A stretch of 64,000 nucleotides of DNA from Candidatus Latescibacterota bacterium (lineage in GTDB: Bacteria > Latescibacterota > UBA2968 > UBA8231): positions 1,216,001-1,280,000 of the forward strand of contig CBDCSU010000005.1 of the NCBI GenBank assembly GCA_965221775.1, given 5' to 3'. Position numbers and translations under genes: made by a program. Below the pieces are notes generated by a model. The model made no database searches, had not been told where the DNA came from, and saw nothing but the letters and a program-made list of their open reading frames with translations. Of this stretch, positions 54,970-64,000 are shown piece by piece (the stretch's first letter is position 1; every line of letters begins with the position of its first letter).

Positions 54970-55845
54970 TCAGGGGAGGGCGCGGGCCAGCTTCTCCACC
55001 AGGGCCCGCAGCCGCTCCTCCCCCTGGTCCTCCGGGTCGCCTTCCCCGCCGCCGGCGGCGTCGTGGACGTAGCGGTAGACGTCGGCGGCTCCGGCGAACA
55101 TCTCCGGCGTCAGTCCCATGCTGCCGAAGGTGGCAGCGATCTCCTCCATCTCGCCGACCCAGCGACCCGCCTTCGACGGGATCCCCGGCAGGGACCGCCG
55201 GGTGTCGCCCAGGACCGCCTCCTGGCTGAGCTGCAGCTCCTCCACGAGAGCGTCGTAGAGGCCGAGCTTCGCCGCCGTCACCAGGGATTCGAGGTAGATG
55301 GCGTAGCGGCCCTTGGTCTGGGCGGCGTAGCACATCTTGAAGGCCGAGGCCTGGCCGATGTCGGGTCCCAGCACTCGCACGTCGAGACCATGGTCGCCGA
55401 GGACGGCGAAGCGCGCGGCGTGCTCCCCCGAGGCGTAGAAGCGGGTGATGCCGGGACGCTTGGGAGGGCCGCCGATGATGCCGGCGTCGACCGGCAGCCC
55501 CCCGGCGGCGGCGATGACCTCCGCCACTTCCCGCCCGGTTTCCGGCGCCACGGCGTTGCAGTCGACGTACACGAGGTCGGCGCCCGTGGCCTCGAGGGCG
55601 GCGGCCATGCGCCGGGCGGTGCTCACGGCCTCGGAGGGCACGAGGATCGACAGCAGCAGGTCGGCTCGCTCCACGAGGGCGGCATCGTCGGCCACCGCCT
55701 CGATCCCGGCCTCCCGGGCGCGGGCGGCGGTGGCGGGGCTGCGGCCTTCGAGGCAGGTGATCACCTCGGCCCCGTGCCGGCGTAGCACCCCGCCGACGAC
55801 GGCGCCCATCGATCCGGGGCTCAGCAGCGCGACGGTGGGCGCCAT
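54970..55845 (-). CDS. NAD(P)-dependent oxidoreductase (6PGD/HIBADH-like, DUF1932-type C-terminus)
   Basis: SPGSMG, DCNAVAP, DAGIIGGPP, ASAFKMCYAA.TKG, RWVGEMEEIA. Confidence 0.88.
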   Translation of the reverse strand: MAPTVALLSPGSMGAVVGGVLRRHGAEVITCLEGRSPATAARAREAGIEAVADDAALVERADLLLSILVPSEAVSTARRMAAALEATGADLVYVDCNAVAPETGREVAEVIAAAGGLPVDAGIIGGPPKRPGITRFYASGEHAARFAVLGDHGLDVRVLGPDIGQASAFKMCYAAQTKGRYAIYLESLVTAAKLGLYDALVEELQLSQEAVLGDTRRSLPGIPSKAGRWVGEMEEIAATFGSMGLTPEMFAGAADVYRYVHDAAGGGEGDPEDQGEERLRALVEKLARALP

Positions 55846-56786
55846 CAGTACCCCTTCTCCTTGTCGATGAGGCCCACCAGCGGTTCGCCGGCCTGGTAGC
55901 GGCGCAGGTTGTCGCACAACTGGTCGACGGCGCGGGCGTCGCGGGCCGGGGAGGCGCCGGCGGTGTGGGGCGTGAGGACGACGTTGTCCATCGTCCACAG
56001 GGGATGGTCGTCGGGCAGGGGCTCCACGGGAACCACGTCGAGACAGGCGCCGGCGATCCGGCCCTCGCGCAGGGCCTCGAGCAGGGCCTCCTCGTCGACG
56101 ATGCGGCCCCGGGTGACGTTGACGAGCAGGGCGTCGGGGCGCATGCGGGCGAAGGCGTCGCGGTCGAACATGCCCTCCGTCTCCGGCGTCAGGGGCGCGC
56201 ACACGGCCACCACCCGCGAGCGCTGCAGCAGGTCGTGGAAGCGGTCCATGGAGCCGCACTCGGAGACGCACTCGGGGACCTCCACCGGCTCGGGGTCGAC
56301 GGCGATCACCTCCATGCCGAAGGCGGCGGCGCGCACCGCCAGCTCGCGGCCGGTGCCGCCGAGGCCGACGATGCCCATGCGCTCGCCGTAGAGCTCGATG
56401 GAGGAGTCGCGGATCGGCCACTTGTCCTCCCAGGTGCGGGTGCGCGCGGCGCGGGCGATGCGCCGGCTCAGGGCCAGGAGCAGGGCCATGGCGTGCTCGG
56501 CGAGGTGGATGCCGACGAAGCCCTTGGCGCTGGTGAGGATCACGTCGCTGGCGCGCAGCTCCGGCGACAGCACCCCGTCGACGCCGGCGGCCGGCGCCTG
56601 GACCCAGCGCAGGGACCCGGCGCGGCGGAGCTCCTCGCGGGAGATGCCGCCGAAGACGACCTCCACCGAGGGCACGACCTCGGCCCGGGCGTCGTCCGTG
56701 GCCGGTTGCAGGACCTCCACCCCTTCGACGGCGCGGATACGCTCCACGAGATCGGCTTCGAGATCGCCAGGGACGAGCAGTTTCAT
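55845..56786 (-). CDS. D-2-hydroxyacid dehydrogenase
   Basis: GIVGLGGTG, PLTPET, VNVTRG, LDV...EPL, TPHTAG; GAGGAGG RBS. Confidence 0.92.
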   Translation of the reverse strand: MKLLVPGDLEADLVERIRAVEGVEVLQPATDDARAEVVPSVEVVFGGISREELRRAGSLRWVQAPAAGVDGVLSPELRASDVILTSAKGFVGIHLAEHAMALLLALSRRIARAARTRTWEDKWPIRDSSIELYGERMGIVGLGGTGRELAVRAAAFGMEVIAVDPEPVEVPECVSECGSMDRFHDLLQRSRVVAVCAPLTPETEGMFDRDAFARMRPDALLVNVTRGRIVDEEALLEALREGRIAGACLDVVPVEPLPDDHPLWTMDNVVLTPHTAGASPARDARAVDQLCDNLRRYQAGEPLVGLIDKEKGY

Positions 56787-56910
56787 GGGGGTTCCTCCTC
56801 TCGGCCGGTGGATTGAGCGGCGGCAATGTACGCCGCTCGGCGGCCACCGGCCCATCCCCTTTGACGCGCCGGACCGCCGGGCCTAGTCTGCGCGCCAACA
56901 GGAGGGCGAC

Positions 56911-57771
56911 ATGGCGGAACGCATCAACAAGGCGATCGAGCTGCTGGCGCAGGACCAGCCCGTGTACTATGCCAGCGCCCACGAGGTCGACTACGAGACC
57001 GGCCGGCAGATGGCCGGCACCCTGGCCGACTACATCAACGTCAGCATGGAGCACGGCGCCTTCGACATGCCGGGACTGGCCGCCTTCATGCGCGGTCTCG
57101 TCGACGGCGGGCCCACCGCCAGCGGCCACCGCACGCCGGCGGTGATCGTCGACCTGCCCCCGGAGGGCACGAGCGCCGCCGACATCCGCGCCAACGCCTG
57201 GGTCTTCAAGCAGGCCCTGGCCCGCGGCGTCCACGGCATCCTGCTGTGCCACGCCGAGGACCCGGAGGCGGTGCGCACCCTGGTGCAGGTCTGCCGCTAC
57301 GCCTTCCGCGGCGAGACCGGGGGCGCCCCCGAAGGCCGGCGCGGCGCCGGCGGCCAGGGGATGGCGGCCCACGCCTGGGGCGTCGACGTGGACGAGTACG
57401 CCCGCCTCGCCGACCCGTGGCCCCTCAACCCCGAGGGCGAGCTGCTGATCGGGCTGAAGATCGAGAACCGCCGCGCCGTCGAGCGCGTAGACGAGACCCT
57501 GAGCGTGCCCGGCGTCGCCTTCGCCGAGTGGGGGCCGGGGGACATGCACATGTCCTTCGGCCACATGTCGGCCGACCGCAGCTACTCGGAGGAGATCATG
57601 GAGGCGCGGCAGCGGGTCTTCGACGCCAGCCGCCGGAACGGCCTGTTCTTCCTCGACGGCACCGGCGGCCTGGTGGAGCGCATCGACGAAGGGGTGCGCA
57701 TCATCCCCGGCGCCGGCGAGGAGCAGACCCGCCTCGGACGGGCCCACACCGGGCGAATGATGCCGGTCTAG
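56911..57771 (+). CDS. HpcH/HpaI aldolase/citrate lyase family protein
   Basis: MEHG, Q.L..GVHGI, LKIEN, EWGPGDM..S.G. Confidence 0.8.
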   Translation: MAERINKAIELLAQDQPVYYASAHEVDYETGRQMAGTLADYINVSMEHGAFDMPGLAAFMRGLVDGGPTASGHRTPAVIVDLPPEGTSAADIRANAWVFKQALARGVHGILLCHAEDPEAVRTLVQVCRYAFRGETGGAPEGRRGAGGQGMAAHAWGVDVDEYARLADPWPLNPEGELLIGLKIENRRAVERVDETLSVPGVAFAEWGPGDMHMSFGHMSADRSYSEEIMEARQRVFDASRRNGLFFLDGTGGLVERIDEGVRIIPGAGEEQTRLGRAHTGRMMPV

Positions 57772-57772
57772 G

Positions 57773-59398
57773 TCAGTCCCCCTCGTCCCGCCCCAGGGCG
57801 CGGGCCTCGAAGGCGGCGGCCATGAGCGCCTTCGTGTAGTCGCTGGCCGGCGCCTCGAAGAGCTGCCGCGCGGGGCCGGCCTCCACCACCCTCCCCTCCT
57901 TCATGACGATCAGATCCTCGGCCAGGGCGCGGACCACGCGCAGGTCGTGGCTGATGAGCAGGTAGCCGAGGCCGCGCTCGTCCTGCAGGCGGCGGAGCAG
58001 CTCCAGGATCTGCAGCTGCACGGTGCGGTCGAGGGCGCTGGTGGGCTCGTCGAGGACCAGGAACCGCGGCTCCAGGACGACGGCCCGGGCGATGGCCAGC
58101 CGCTGGCGCTGGCCGCCGGAGAACTCGTGGGGGTAGCGGTCCATCGCCTCCGGGTCCAGATCGACCTCGCCCAGGACCCGGGCCACCAGCTCCCGGCGCT
58201 CGGCGGCGGTGGCGCCGATGCCGTGGACGAGGAGCCCCTCCTCGACGATCTGGAACGCCGTCAGCCGCGGGCTCAGGGAGCTGAAGGGGTCCTGGAAGAC
58301 GATCTGCATGCGCCGCCGCAGGGGCCGCAGCCGCGCGGAGGGCATCGATTGCAGGTCCCGCCCGTCGAAGCGCAGCTCGCCCTCGCAGGCCTGCAGCCGC
58401 AGCAGGGCCAGCCCGAGGGTGGTCTTGCCGGAGCCGGACTCGCCGACGACGCCGACGCTGCGCCCGGGGCGCACCGCGAGGCTCACGTCCTCCACGGCGC
58501 GCACGTGGCCGGTGGTGCGGCGCAGGACGCCGGTGCGGATCGGGAAGTGGACGCGCACGCCGCTGGCCTCCACCAGGGGCGGTCCCTCCGCCTCGCCGGC
58601 GGACTCGCGGGGCGGGGGCTCGCTGGCCAGCAGCCGCCGCGTGTAGGCGTGCTGCGGGTCCGCCATCAGGGGGCCGGCCTCGCCGTGCTCGACGATCCGG
58701 CCCTCGGTCATGACGAAGACGCGGTCCGCCAGCCGGCCGACGATCGTCAGGTCGTGGGTGATCAGCAGGATCGACATGCCCAGGCGCCGCTGCTGGCTCC
58801 GCAGCAGCTCCAGGATGCGGGCCTGCACGGTCACGTCGAGGGCGGTGGTCGGCTCGTCGGCGATAAGCAGGTCCGGCTCGTTGGCCAGGGCCATGGCGAT
58901 CATCACCCGCTGCCGCTGCCCTCCCGACAACTGGTGGGGCCAGGCCTCCAGCATGCGCTCCGGCTCGGGCAGGCGCACCTCGTCGAGCAGCTCCAGCACC
59001 CGGCGGCGGGCCTCGCCGCGGTCCAGGCCCCGGTGCACGCGCAGGGTCTCGGCCACCTGCCGCTCCACCGTGTGCAGCGGGTTCAGCGACGTCATCGGCT
59101 CCTGGAAGATCATGGAGACGCGGTCGCCGCGGACCTCGCGCAGCCGGTCGGCGGGGGCCCCGAGCAGCTCCTCCCCCCGCAGGCGGACCGAGCCGCCGGG
59201 GTGATGGGCCTTCGGGTAGGGCAGCAGCCCGAGCACCGAGAGGGCGGTCACCGACTTGCCGCAGCCGGACTCGCCCACGAGGGCCACGGTCTCGCCCTCG
59301 CCGATGTCGAGGCTGGCGCCGCGCACGGCGTCGACGTCGGGCTGGCCGCCTTCGCCGTGGAAGGAGACGTGGAGATCGTCGACGGCGAGGAGGCTCAT
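57773..59398 (-). CDS. yejF: Peptide ABC transporter ATP-binding protein (two ABC domains)
   Basis: GESGCGKS and GESGSGKT; LSGGQRQR and FSGGQRQR; DEPT twice. Confidence 0.88.
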   Translation of the reverse strand: MSLLAVDDLHVSFHGEGGQPDVDAVRGASLDIGEGETVALVGESGCGKSVTALSVLGLLPYPKAHHPGGSVRLRGEELLGAPADRLREVRGDRVSMIFQEPMTSLNPLHTVERQVAETLRVHRGLDRGEARRRVLELLDEVRLPEPERMLEAWPHQLSGGQRQRVMIAMALANEPDLLIADEPTTALDVTVQARILELLRSQQRRLGMSILLITHDLTIVGRLADRVFVMTEGRIVEHGEAGPLMADPQHAYTRRLLASEPPPRESAGEAEGPPLVEASGVRVHFPIRTGVLRRTTGHVRAVEDVSLAVRPGRSVGVVGESGSGKTTLGLALLRLQACEGELRFDGRDLQSMPSARLRPLRRRMQIVFQDPFSSLSPRLTAFQIVEEGLLVHGIGATAAERRELVARVLGEVDLDPEAMDRYPHEFSGGQRQRLAIARAVVLEPRFLVLDEPTSALDRTVQLQILELLRRLQDERGLGYLLISHDLRVVRALAEDLIVMKEGRVVEAGPARQLFEAPASDYTKALMAAAFEARALGRDEGD

Positions 59399-60429
59399 GT
59401 CGGCTCCGCCGTCCGCCGCGGGTCGAAGGCGTCGCGCACGGCCTCGCCGATGAAGACGAGCAGCGACAGCAGCACGGCCAGCGCGAAGAACCCGGTCAGC
59501 CCCAGCCACGGGGCGTGGAGGTTGCGCTTGCCCTGGCCGAGAAGCTCGCCGAGGGAAGGGGAGCCGGCGGGCAGGCCGAAGCCGAGGAAGTCGAGGGAGG
59601 CGAGGATCGCCACCGACCCGGTGAGGACGAAGGGCAGGAAGGTGAGGGCGGCCACGGCGGCGTTGGGCAGGACGTGCCGGAAGAGGACCTTCCCCTCGGG
59701 CACGCCGAGGGCGCGGGCGGCGCGCACGAAGTCGAAGTTGCGGGCCCGCAGGACCTCGGCGCGGACCACCCCCACGAGCTGGATCCAGCTGAAGAGCAGC
59801 ATCAGGCCGAGGAGCCACAGGAAGTTGGGCTCCACGAGGCTGGCCAGGATGATCAGCAGGTAGAGGGTGGGCATGCCCTGCCAGATCTCGATGAGGCGCT
59901 GCAGCAGCAGGTCGACCCAGCCGCCGAGGTAGCCCTGCACGGCGCCGGCGGCGACGCCGACGACGGAGCTGACCGCGGTCAGGCAGAACCCGAAGAGCAC
60001 GGAGAGGCGGAAGCCGTAGATCAGCCGCGCCAGGACATCGCGGGCCTGGTCGTCGGTGCCGAGCCAGTTGGCCGCCGACGGCGGCGCCGGCGCCGGGCGG
60101 CGCAGGTCGAAGTTGACGGTGCGCGGGCCGTAGCGGACCGGCGGCCACAGCATCCACCCGTCCCCGGCCTCGACCAGTCCGGCCACGAAGGGGTCGCGGT
60201 AGTCGGCCTCGGTCTCGAACTGGCCGCCGAACTCGGTCTCGGCGTACTCGGCGAAGACCGGGAAGTACCAGCGCCCGCCGCAGGAGACCAACAGGGGGCG
60301 GTCGTTGGCGACGAACTCCGCCGGCAGGGTGACGGCCACCAGTGCCAGGAACAGCCACAGGCTCCACCACCCCCGGCGGTGGCCGCGGAAGACGGCGAGG
60401 CGGCGGCGGTTCAGAGGCGACAGCTTCAC
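59395..60429 (-). CDS. yejE: Peptide ABC transporter permease
   Basis: [53 protein letters not shown]. Confidence 0.9.
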   Translation of the reverse strand: MKLSPLNRRRLAVFRGHRRGWWSLWLFLALVAVTLPAEFVANDRPLLVSCGGRWYFPVFAEYAETEFGGQFETEADYRDPFVAGLVEAGDGWMLWPPVRYGPRTVNFDLRRPAPAPPSAANWLGTDDQARDVLARLIYGFRLSVLFGFCLTAVSSVVGVAAGAVQGYLGGWVDLLLQRLIEIWQGMPTLYLLIILASLVEPNFLWLLGLMLLFSWIQLVGVVRAEVLRARNFDFVRAARALGVPEGKVLFRHVLPNAAVAALTFLPFVLTGSVAILASLDFLGFGLPAGSPSLGELLGQGKRNLHAPWLGLTGFFALAVLLSLLVFIGEAVRDAFDPRRTAEPT

Positions 60430-61520
60430 GAGCGCGCCTCGAAGTCGATGCGGCGGTCGACGAGGGTGTAGGTGAGGTCGCCCACCAGCTGCAGGACCAG
60501 GCCGAGGAGGGTGAAGACGTAGAGGGTGCCGAAGACGACGGGGTAGTCGCGGTTCACGGCCGACTCGTAGCCGAGGAGGCCGAGGCCGTCGAGGGAGAAG
60601 ATGATCTCGGTGAGCAGGGCGCCGGTGAAGAGGATGCCGACGAAGGCGGCGGGGAAGCCGGCGATGACGATGAGCATGGCGTTGCGGAAGACGTGGCCGT
60701 AGAGGACGCGCCCCTCGCCGAGGCCCTTGGCCCGGGCCGTGACCACGTACTGCTTGCCGATTTCGTCGAGGAAGGAGTTGCGCGTCAGCAGGGTGAGGCC
60801 GGCGAAGCCGCCGATGACGAGGGAGAGGACCGGCAGGCACAGGTGCCAGAGGTAGTCGAGGATCTTGCCCGCCAGGGACAGCTCCTCCCAGTTGGCCGAG
60901 ACCAGCCCCCGCAACGGGAACCACTGCCAGTACTGGCCGCCGGCGAAGAGCACCACCAGCAGGATGGCGAAGAGGAAGGTGGGAATGGCGTTGCCCACGA
61001 CGATCGCCCCCGAGGTCCACACGTCGAAGCGCGACCCCTGGCGCACCGCCTTGGCCACGCCGAGGGGGATGGAGATGGCGTAGATGAGCAGGGTCGTCCA
61101 CAGGCCGAGGGAGATCGACACCGGCAGCTTGTCGAGGACCAGGTCGACGACGGAGCGGTCCCGGAAGAAGGAGGTGCCGAAGTCGAAGCGCAGGTAGCGG
61201 CCCATCATCTCGACGAAGCGCGCGGGGGCCGGCTTGTCGAAGCCGTAGAGGGCCTCCAGCTCGGCGATCAGATCCGGGTCGAGGCCGCGGGCGCCGCGGT
61301 AGCGGGCGGTGGCCTCGGTGCCGGCGATGTCGGCGGCGGCGACCTCTCCCGCGCCCCCGGTGACGCGTCCGGCGGCGCCGAGGTCGTGGCCCTGCATGCG
61401 GGCGATGACCTGCTCCACCGGACCGCCGGGGGCGGCCTGGACGATGATGAAGTTGAGGACCATGATGCCGAGCAGGGTCGGCACCATGAGCAGCAGCCGC
61501 CGCAGGATGTAGGCGGTCAC
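60426..61520 (-). CDS. yejB: Peptide ABC transporter permease
   Basis: [52 protein letters not shown]. Confidence 0.9.
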   Translation of the reverse strand: MTAYILRRLLLMVPTLLGIMVLNFIIVQAAPGGPVEQVIARMQGHDLGAAGRVTGGAGEVAAADIAGTEATARYRGARGLDPDLIAELEALYGFDKPAPARFVEMMGRYLRFDFGTSFFRDRSVVDLVLDKLPVSISLGLWTTLLIYAISIPLGVAKAVRQGSRFDVWTSGAIVVGNAIPTFLFAILLVVLFAGGQYWQWFPLRGLVSANWEELSLAGKILDYLWHLCLPVLSLVIGGFAGLTLLTRNSFLDEIGKQYVVTARAKGLGEGRVLYGHVFRNAMLIVIAGFPAAFVGILFTGALLTEIIFSLDGLGLLGYESAVNRDYPVVFGTLYVFTLLGLVLQLVGDLTYTLVDRRIDFEARS

Positions 61521-63526
61521 CGCGTCTCCTCCAGGGCCCGCGCCAGGGCCGGGTCGATCCACCAGGTCTCGGGGAAGCCGAGGGAGATCATCGGCACGAC
61601 CGCCGGCCGCGCGAACCGGTTCCAGTAGACCAGGCGGTGGACGGTGGTGTGCCAGTGGGGGATCACGTAGTGGCCCCAGGTCAGCACCCGGTCCAGGGCG
61701 CGGGCGGCGGCGACCTGATCGGGGCGGGTCTGGGCGGCGATGAGGCCCTCCACCAGCTCGTCCACCACCGGGTCGCGGACCCCGGCGTAGTTGCGGGTCC
61801 CCGGCGTATCGGCCGCCGCCGAGGACCAGTAGTTGCGCTGCTCGTTGCCCGGCGACAGGTACTGGTTCCAGGCGCGGACGATCACGTCGTAGTCGTACTC
61901 CTGCAGCCGCCGGTAGTACTGCGACGCGTCCACGGTGCGGCTCGTGGTGGCGATGCCGAGCCGCTCCAGGTGCAGCCGCACCGGTCCCACGACGCGCTCG
62001 TACGAGGGCCGCACGAGGAGGAACTCGAAGGCCATGGCCTCCCCCGTCTCCTCGTGGACCAGGACGCCGTCGCGCAGCACCCAGCCGGCGTCGCGCAGCA
62101 TGCGCCGCGCCTTGCGCAGGTTGGCGCGGATCGAGCCGTCGCCGTCGGTGGACGGCGCCCGGTAGGCCTCGCCGAAGACATCGTCCGGCACACGGCCCCG
62201 GTAGCTCTCCAGGATCTCAAGCTCACGGCCTTCGGGCCTGCCCGTGGCGGCCAGCTCGGAGTTGGCGAAGTGGCTCTCGGTGCGCGTGTAGAGTCCGTGG
62301 AAGAGGGTGGCGTTGGTCCACTCGAAGTCGAAGGCGTGGCTTAGCGCGTGGCGCACGCGGGGGTCGGCGAAGCGGGCGCGCCTCGTGTTGAAGACGAACC
62401 CCGACATGCCGCGGATGCGGCGGTTGGGCAGCTCCGCCATCACCAGGCGGCCCTCCCGCACCGCGGGATGGTCGTAGCCGGTGGCCCACTCGCGGGCCGA
62501 GCCGACGGCGCGCAGGTCGTACTCGCCGGCCTTCAGCGCCTCCTGGGCGACCGTGTCGTCGCGGTAGTAGTCGTAGGTGATGCGGTCGAAGTTGTGCTGC
62601 CCCCGCCGCGCCGGCAGGCCCTCGTCCCAGTTGCCGTCGACCCGGGCGTAGGTGATGGAGCGCCCCGGGTCGACCGACTCGATGCGGTAGGGGCCGCTGC
62701 CCAGGGGCGGCTCCAGCGTCGTCTTGGTGAAGTCCCGCGCCTCCCAGTAGTGCTTCGGCAGGGCGCGCAGTTGGCCGAGGACAACGGGCAGCTCGCGGTT
62801 GTCGGTGGCGGCCAGCTCGAAGGTGACGGTGCGGTCGTCCTCGGCGACGGCCGTGTCCACGTCGGCGTAGAAGGTGCGGTAGAAGGGGGTGCCGTGGAGC
62901 ACGAGGGTGTAGAAGGAGAACACGATGTCGTGGGCGGTGACCGGCTCGCCGTCGTGCCAGCGCGCCTCGGGGCGCAGGAAGAAGGTGACCGAGCTGCGGT
63001 CCGGAGCCAGCCACATCGACTCGGCCAGGTGCCCGTACTCCGACAGCGGCTCGTCCTGGGCCTTCTCGCAGAGGCGGCTGTAGATCAGGCTCCAGGTACC
63101 GGCGGCGGCGACCCCCTTGAGGATGAAGGGGTTGAGGCTGTCGAAGGTGCCCACCCGCGCCAGCCGCACCTCCCCGCCACGGACCGCCTGCGGGTCGGTG
63201 TACTCGAAGTGGGTGAAGCCAGGCCCGTACTTGAGGTCGCCGGTCACGGCGAGGGCGTGCACGGCCGGGGTGCGGGTTGGGGTTCCGGTCTCGGCGGCGA
63301 CGGGGGTGAGGGTGAGGGGGATGGCGGCCAGCAGGCCCGCCAGGGAAGCCACGTGGATCGAGGTGAAGCGGATCACCGAGTTCGGCGCCAGGAGGGCGGC
63401 GGCCAGCAGGCCCGCCAGAGAAACCACGTGAAGCGAGGTGAAGCGGATCACCGAGTTCGGCGCCAGGAGGGCAGTGGCGAGGGTGGTGGCGCGGGTGCGC
63501 AGGGGTACCGGGGCCAGGCGGATCAC
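61517..63526 (-). CDS. yejA: Peptide ABC transporter substrate-binding protein (start uncertain: GTG 63376, 63451 or 63526)
   Basis: LKY...[60 protein letters not shown]. Confidence 0.9.
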   Translation of the reverse strand: MIRLAPVPLRTRATTLATALLAPNSVIRFTSLHVVSLAGLLAAALLAPNSVIRFTSIHVASLAGLLAAIPLTLTPVAAETGTPTRTPAVHALAVTGDLKYGPGFTHFEYTDPQAVRGGEVRLARVGTFDSLNPFILKGVAAAGTWSLIYSRLCEKAQDEPLSEYGHLAESMWLAPDRSSVTFFLRPEARWHDGEPVTAHDIVFSFYTLVLHGTPFYRTFYADVDTAVAEDDRTVTFELAATDNRELPVVLGQLRALPKHYWEARDFTKTTLEPPLGSGPYRIESVDPGRSITYARVDGNWDEGLPARRGQHNFDRITYDYYRDDTVAQEALKAGEYDLRAVGSAREWATGYDHPAVREGRLVMAELPNRRIRGMSGFVFNTRRARFADPRVRHALSHAFDFEWTNATLFHGLYTRTESHFANSELAATGRPEGRELEILESYRGRVPDDVFGEAYRAPSTDGDGSIRANLRKARRMLRDAGWVLRDGVLVHEETGEAMAFEFLLVRPSYERVVGPVRLHLERLGIATTSRTVDASQYYRRLQEYDYDVIVRAWNQYLSPGNEQRNYWSSAAADTPGTRNYAGVRDPVVDELVEGLIAAQTRPDQVAAARALDRVLTWGHYVIPHWHTTVHRLVYWNRFARPAVVPMISLGFPETWWIDPALARALEETR
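63323..63472. repeat. 75-bp tandem duplication in the yejA signal-peptide region
   Basis: Units 63323-63397 and 63398-63472 are near-identical; GTG ATC CGC recurs at an exact 75-bp period (63376, 63451, 63526). Confidence 0.9.
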
Positions 63527-63884
63527 TGTCGGGAGGGGCCGCGGCCTGCAGTCGCTGGCGATTCTGACGTGGGAGGGCACGGAGGCCACCTGTTCTGGCG
63601 AGAGGATCCCGTCGCCCTCGCAGGCGGCCGATGGCCGGCAGCCGCAGGGGCGCGGAAAGGCACTGGTTCCACTGTTTGAGGAGATCCCGGCGTTCCCAGG
63701 GAGGAGGAAACACCGGCCGGGAGCCCGCGCCGCGGCATCACCGGGAGGGGACCCCGGACCGCCGGCGGCGAGAATCAACGGCGAGCCCGCGCGAGGCCGA
63801 GGGCGGCGGCCGGAGGCTGCGGGCGCGATCTATTGTACTGTCAGGCGCGGGATTTCGCCCACCCGCGTCCAACCGGGAAGGTCC

Positions 63885-64000
63885 ATGCGCTGGCGCAGCG
63901 TGTTCTGCGGCGGGGAGTTGGTGGCCGAGGCAACTACCAAGGATTCCTTGGTAGTTGAGACCGAAGGCCAGTGGCGAGCCAGACACGGCCGACCGGATGC
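63885..64000 (+). pseudogene. RhuM-family fragment (open at the window edge)
   Basis: Reads MRWRSVFCGGELVAEATTKDSLVVETEG, resembling the RhuM GEL..EAT.KD.L.V..EG motif; contains a 13-bp inverted repeat at 63931-63957. Confidence 0.5.

Noticed and set aside
54970-57747. 925-aa fusion ORF
   Set aside because: Only the last 291 aa are a real gene; the rest overlaps the dehydrogenase and aldolase in other frames.

Overview
High-GC bacterial genome segment. The gene content (six ankyrin proteins, an NHL-repeat protein, three PhyH dioxygenases, a DUF6785-like membrane protein, a YPNPFN/FlgD-type C-terminal sorting domain) suggests a host-associated FCB-superphylum organism such as a sponge-symbiont Latescibacterota or Gemmatimonadota; this is inference. 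Main blocks: secreted and carbohydrate-active proteins (1-8 kb); amidohydrolase-aceE followed by six ankyrin genes, interrupted by a low-GC lipoprotein gene and a decayed DinJ/YafQ module (8.7-24 kb); a Rieske protein divergent from soxR with a perfect SoxR box (24.4-26.7 kb); a lower-GC island with a type I-G (I-U) CRISPR-Cas effector operon (csb1/cas7, csb2, cas3, cas8g2), no local cas1/2/4 and a leaderless, degenerate 4-repeat array (28.9-36.8 kb); a tightly coupled, mostly minus-strand string of small enzymes and defence genes (AAC(3), NUDIX x3, HAD, methyltransferase, GmrSD-like DUF262/DUF1524, SIR2-like; 39-53.6 kb); a candidate ~150-nt sRNA; dehydrogenases, an aldolase and a yejABEF-type ABC transporter. 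The best candidate for an undescribed system is the I-G island: the operon is headed by a sigma70-region-4/zinc-finger gene, and its upstream region holds two covarying structured RNA-like elements alternating with three copies of a TTGATAACAC box. A second recurring signal is inserted genes flanked by duplicated 5' ends of neighbouring genes. Product calls come from motif recognition by eye; no database searches were run.
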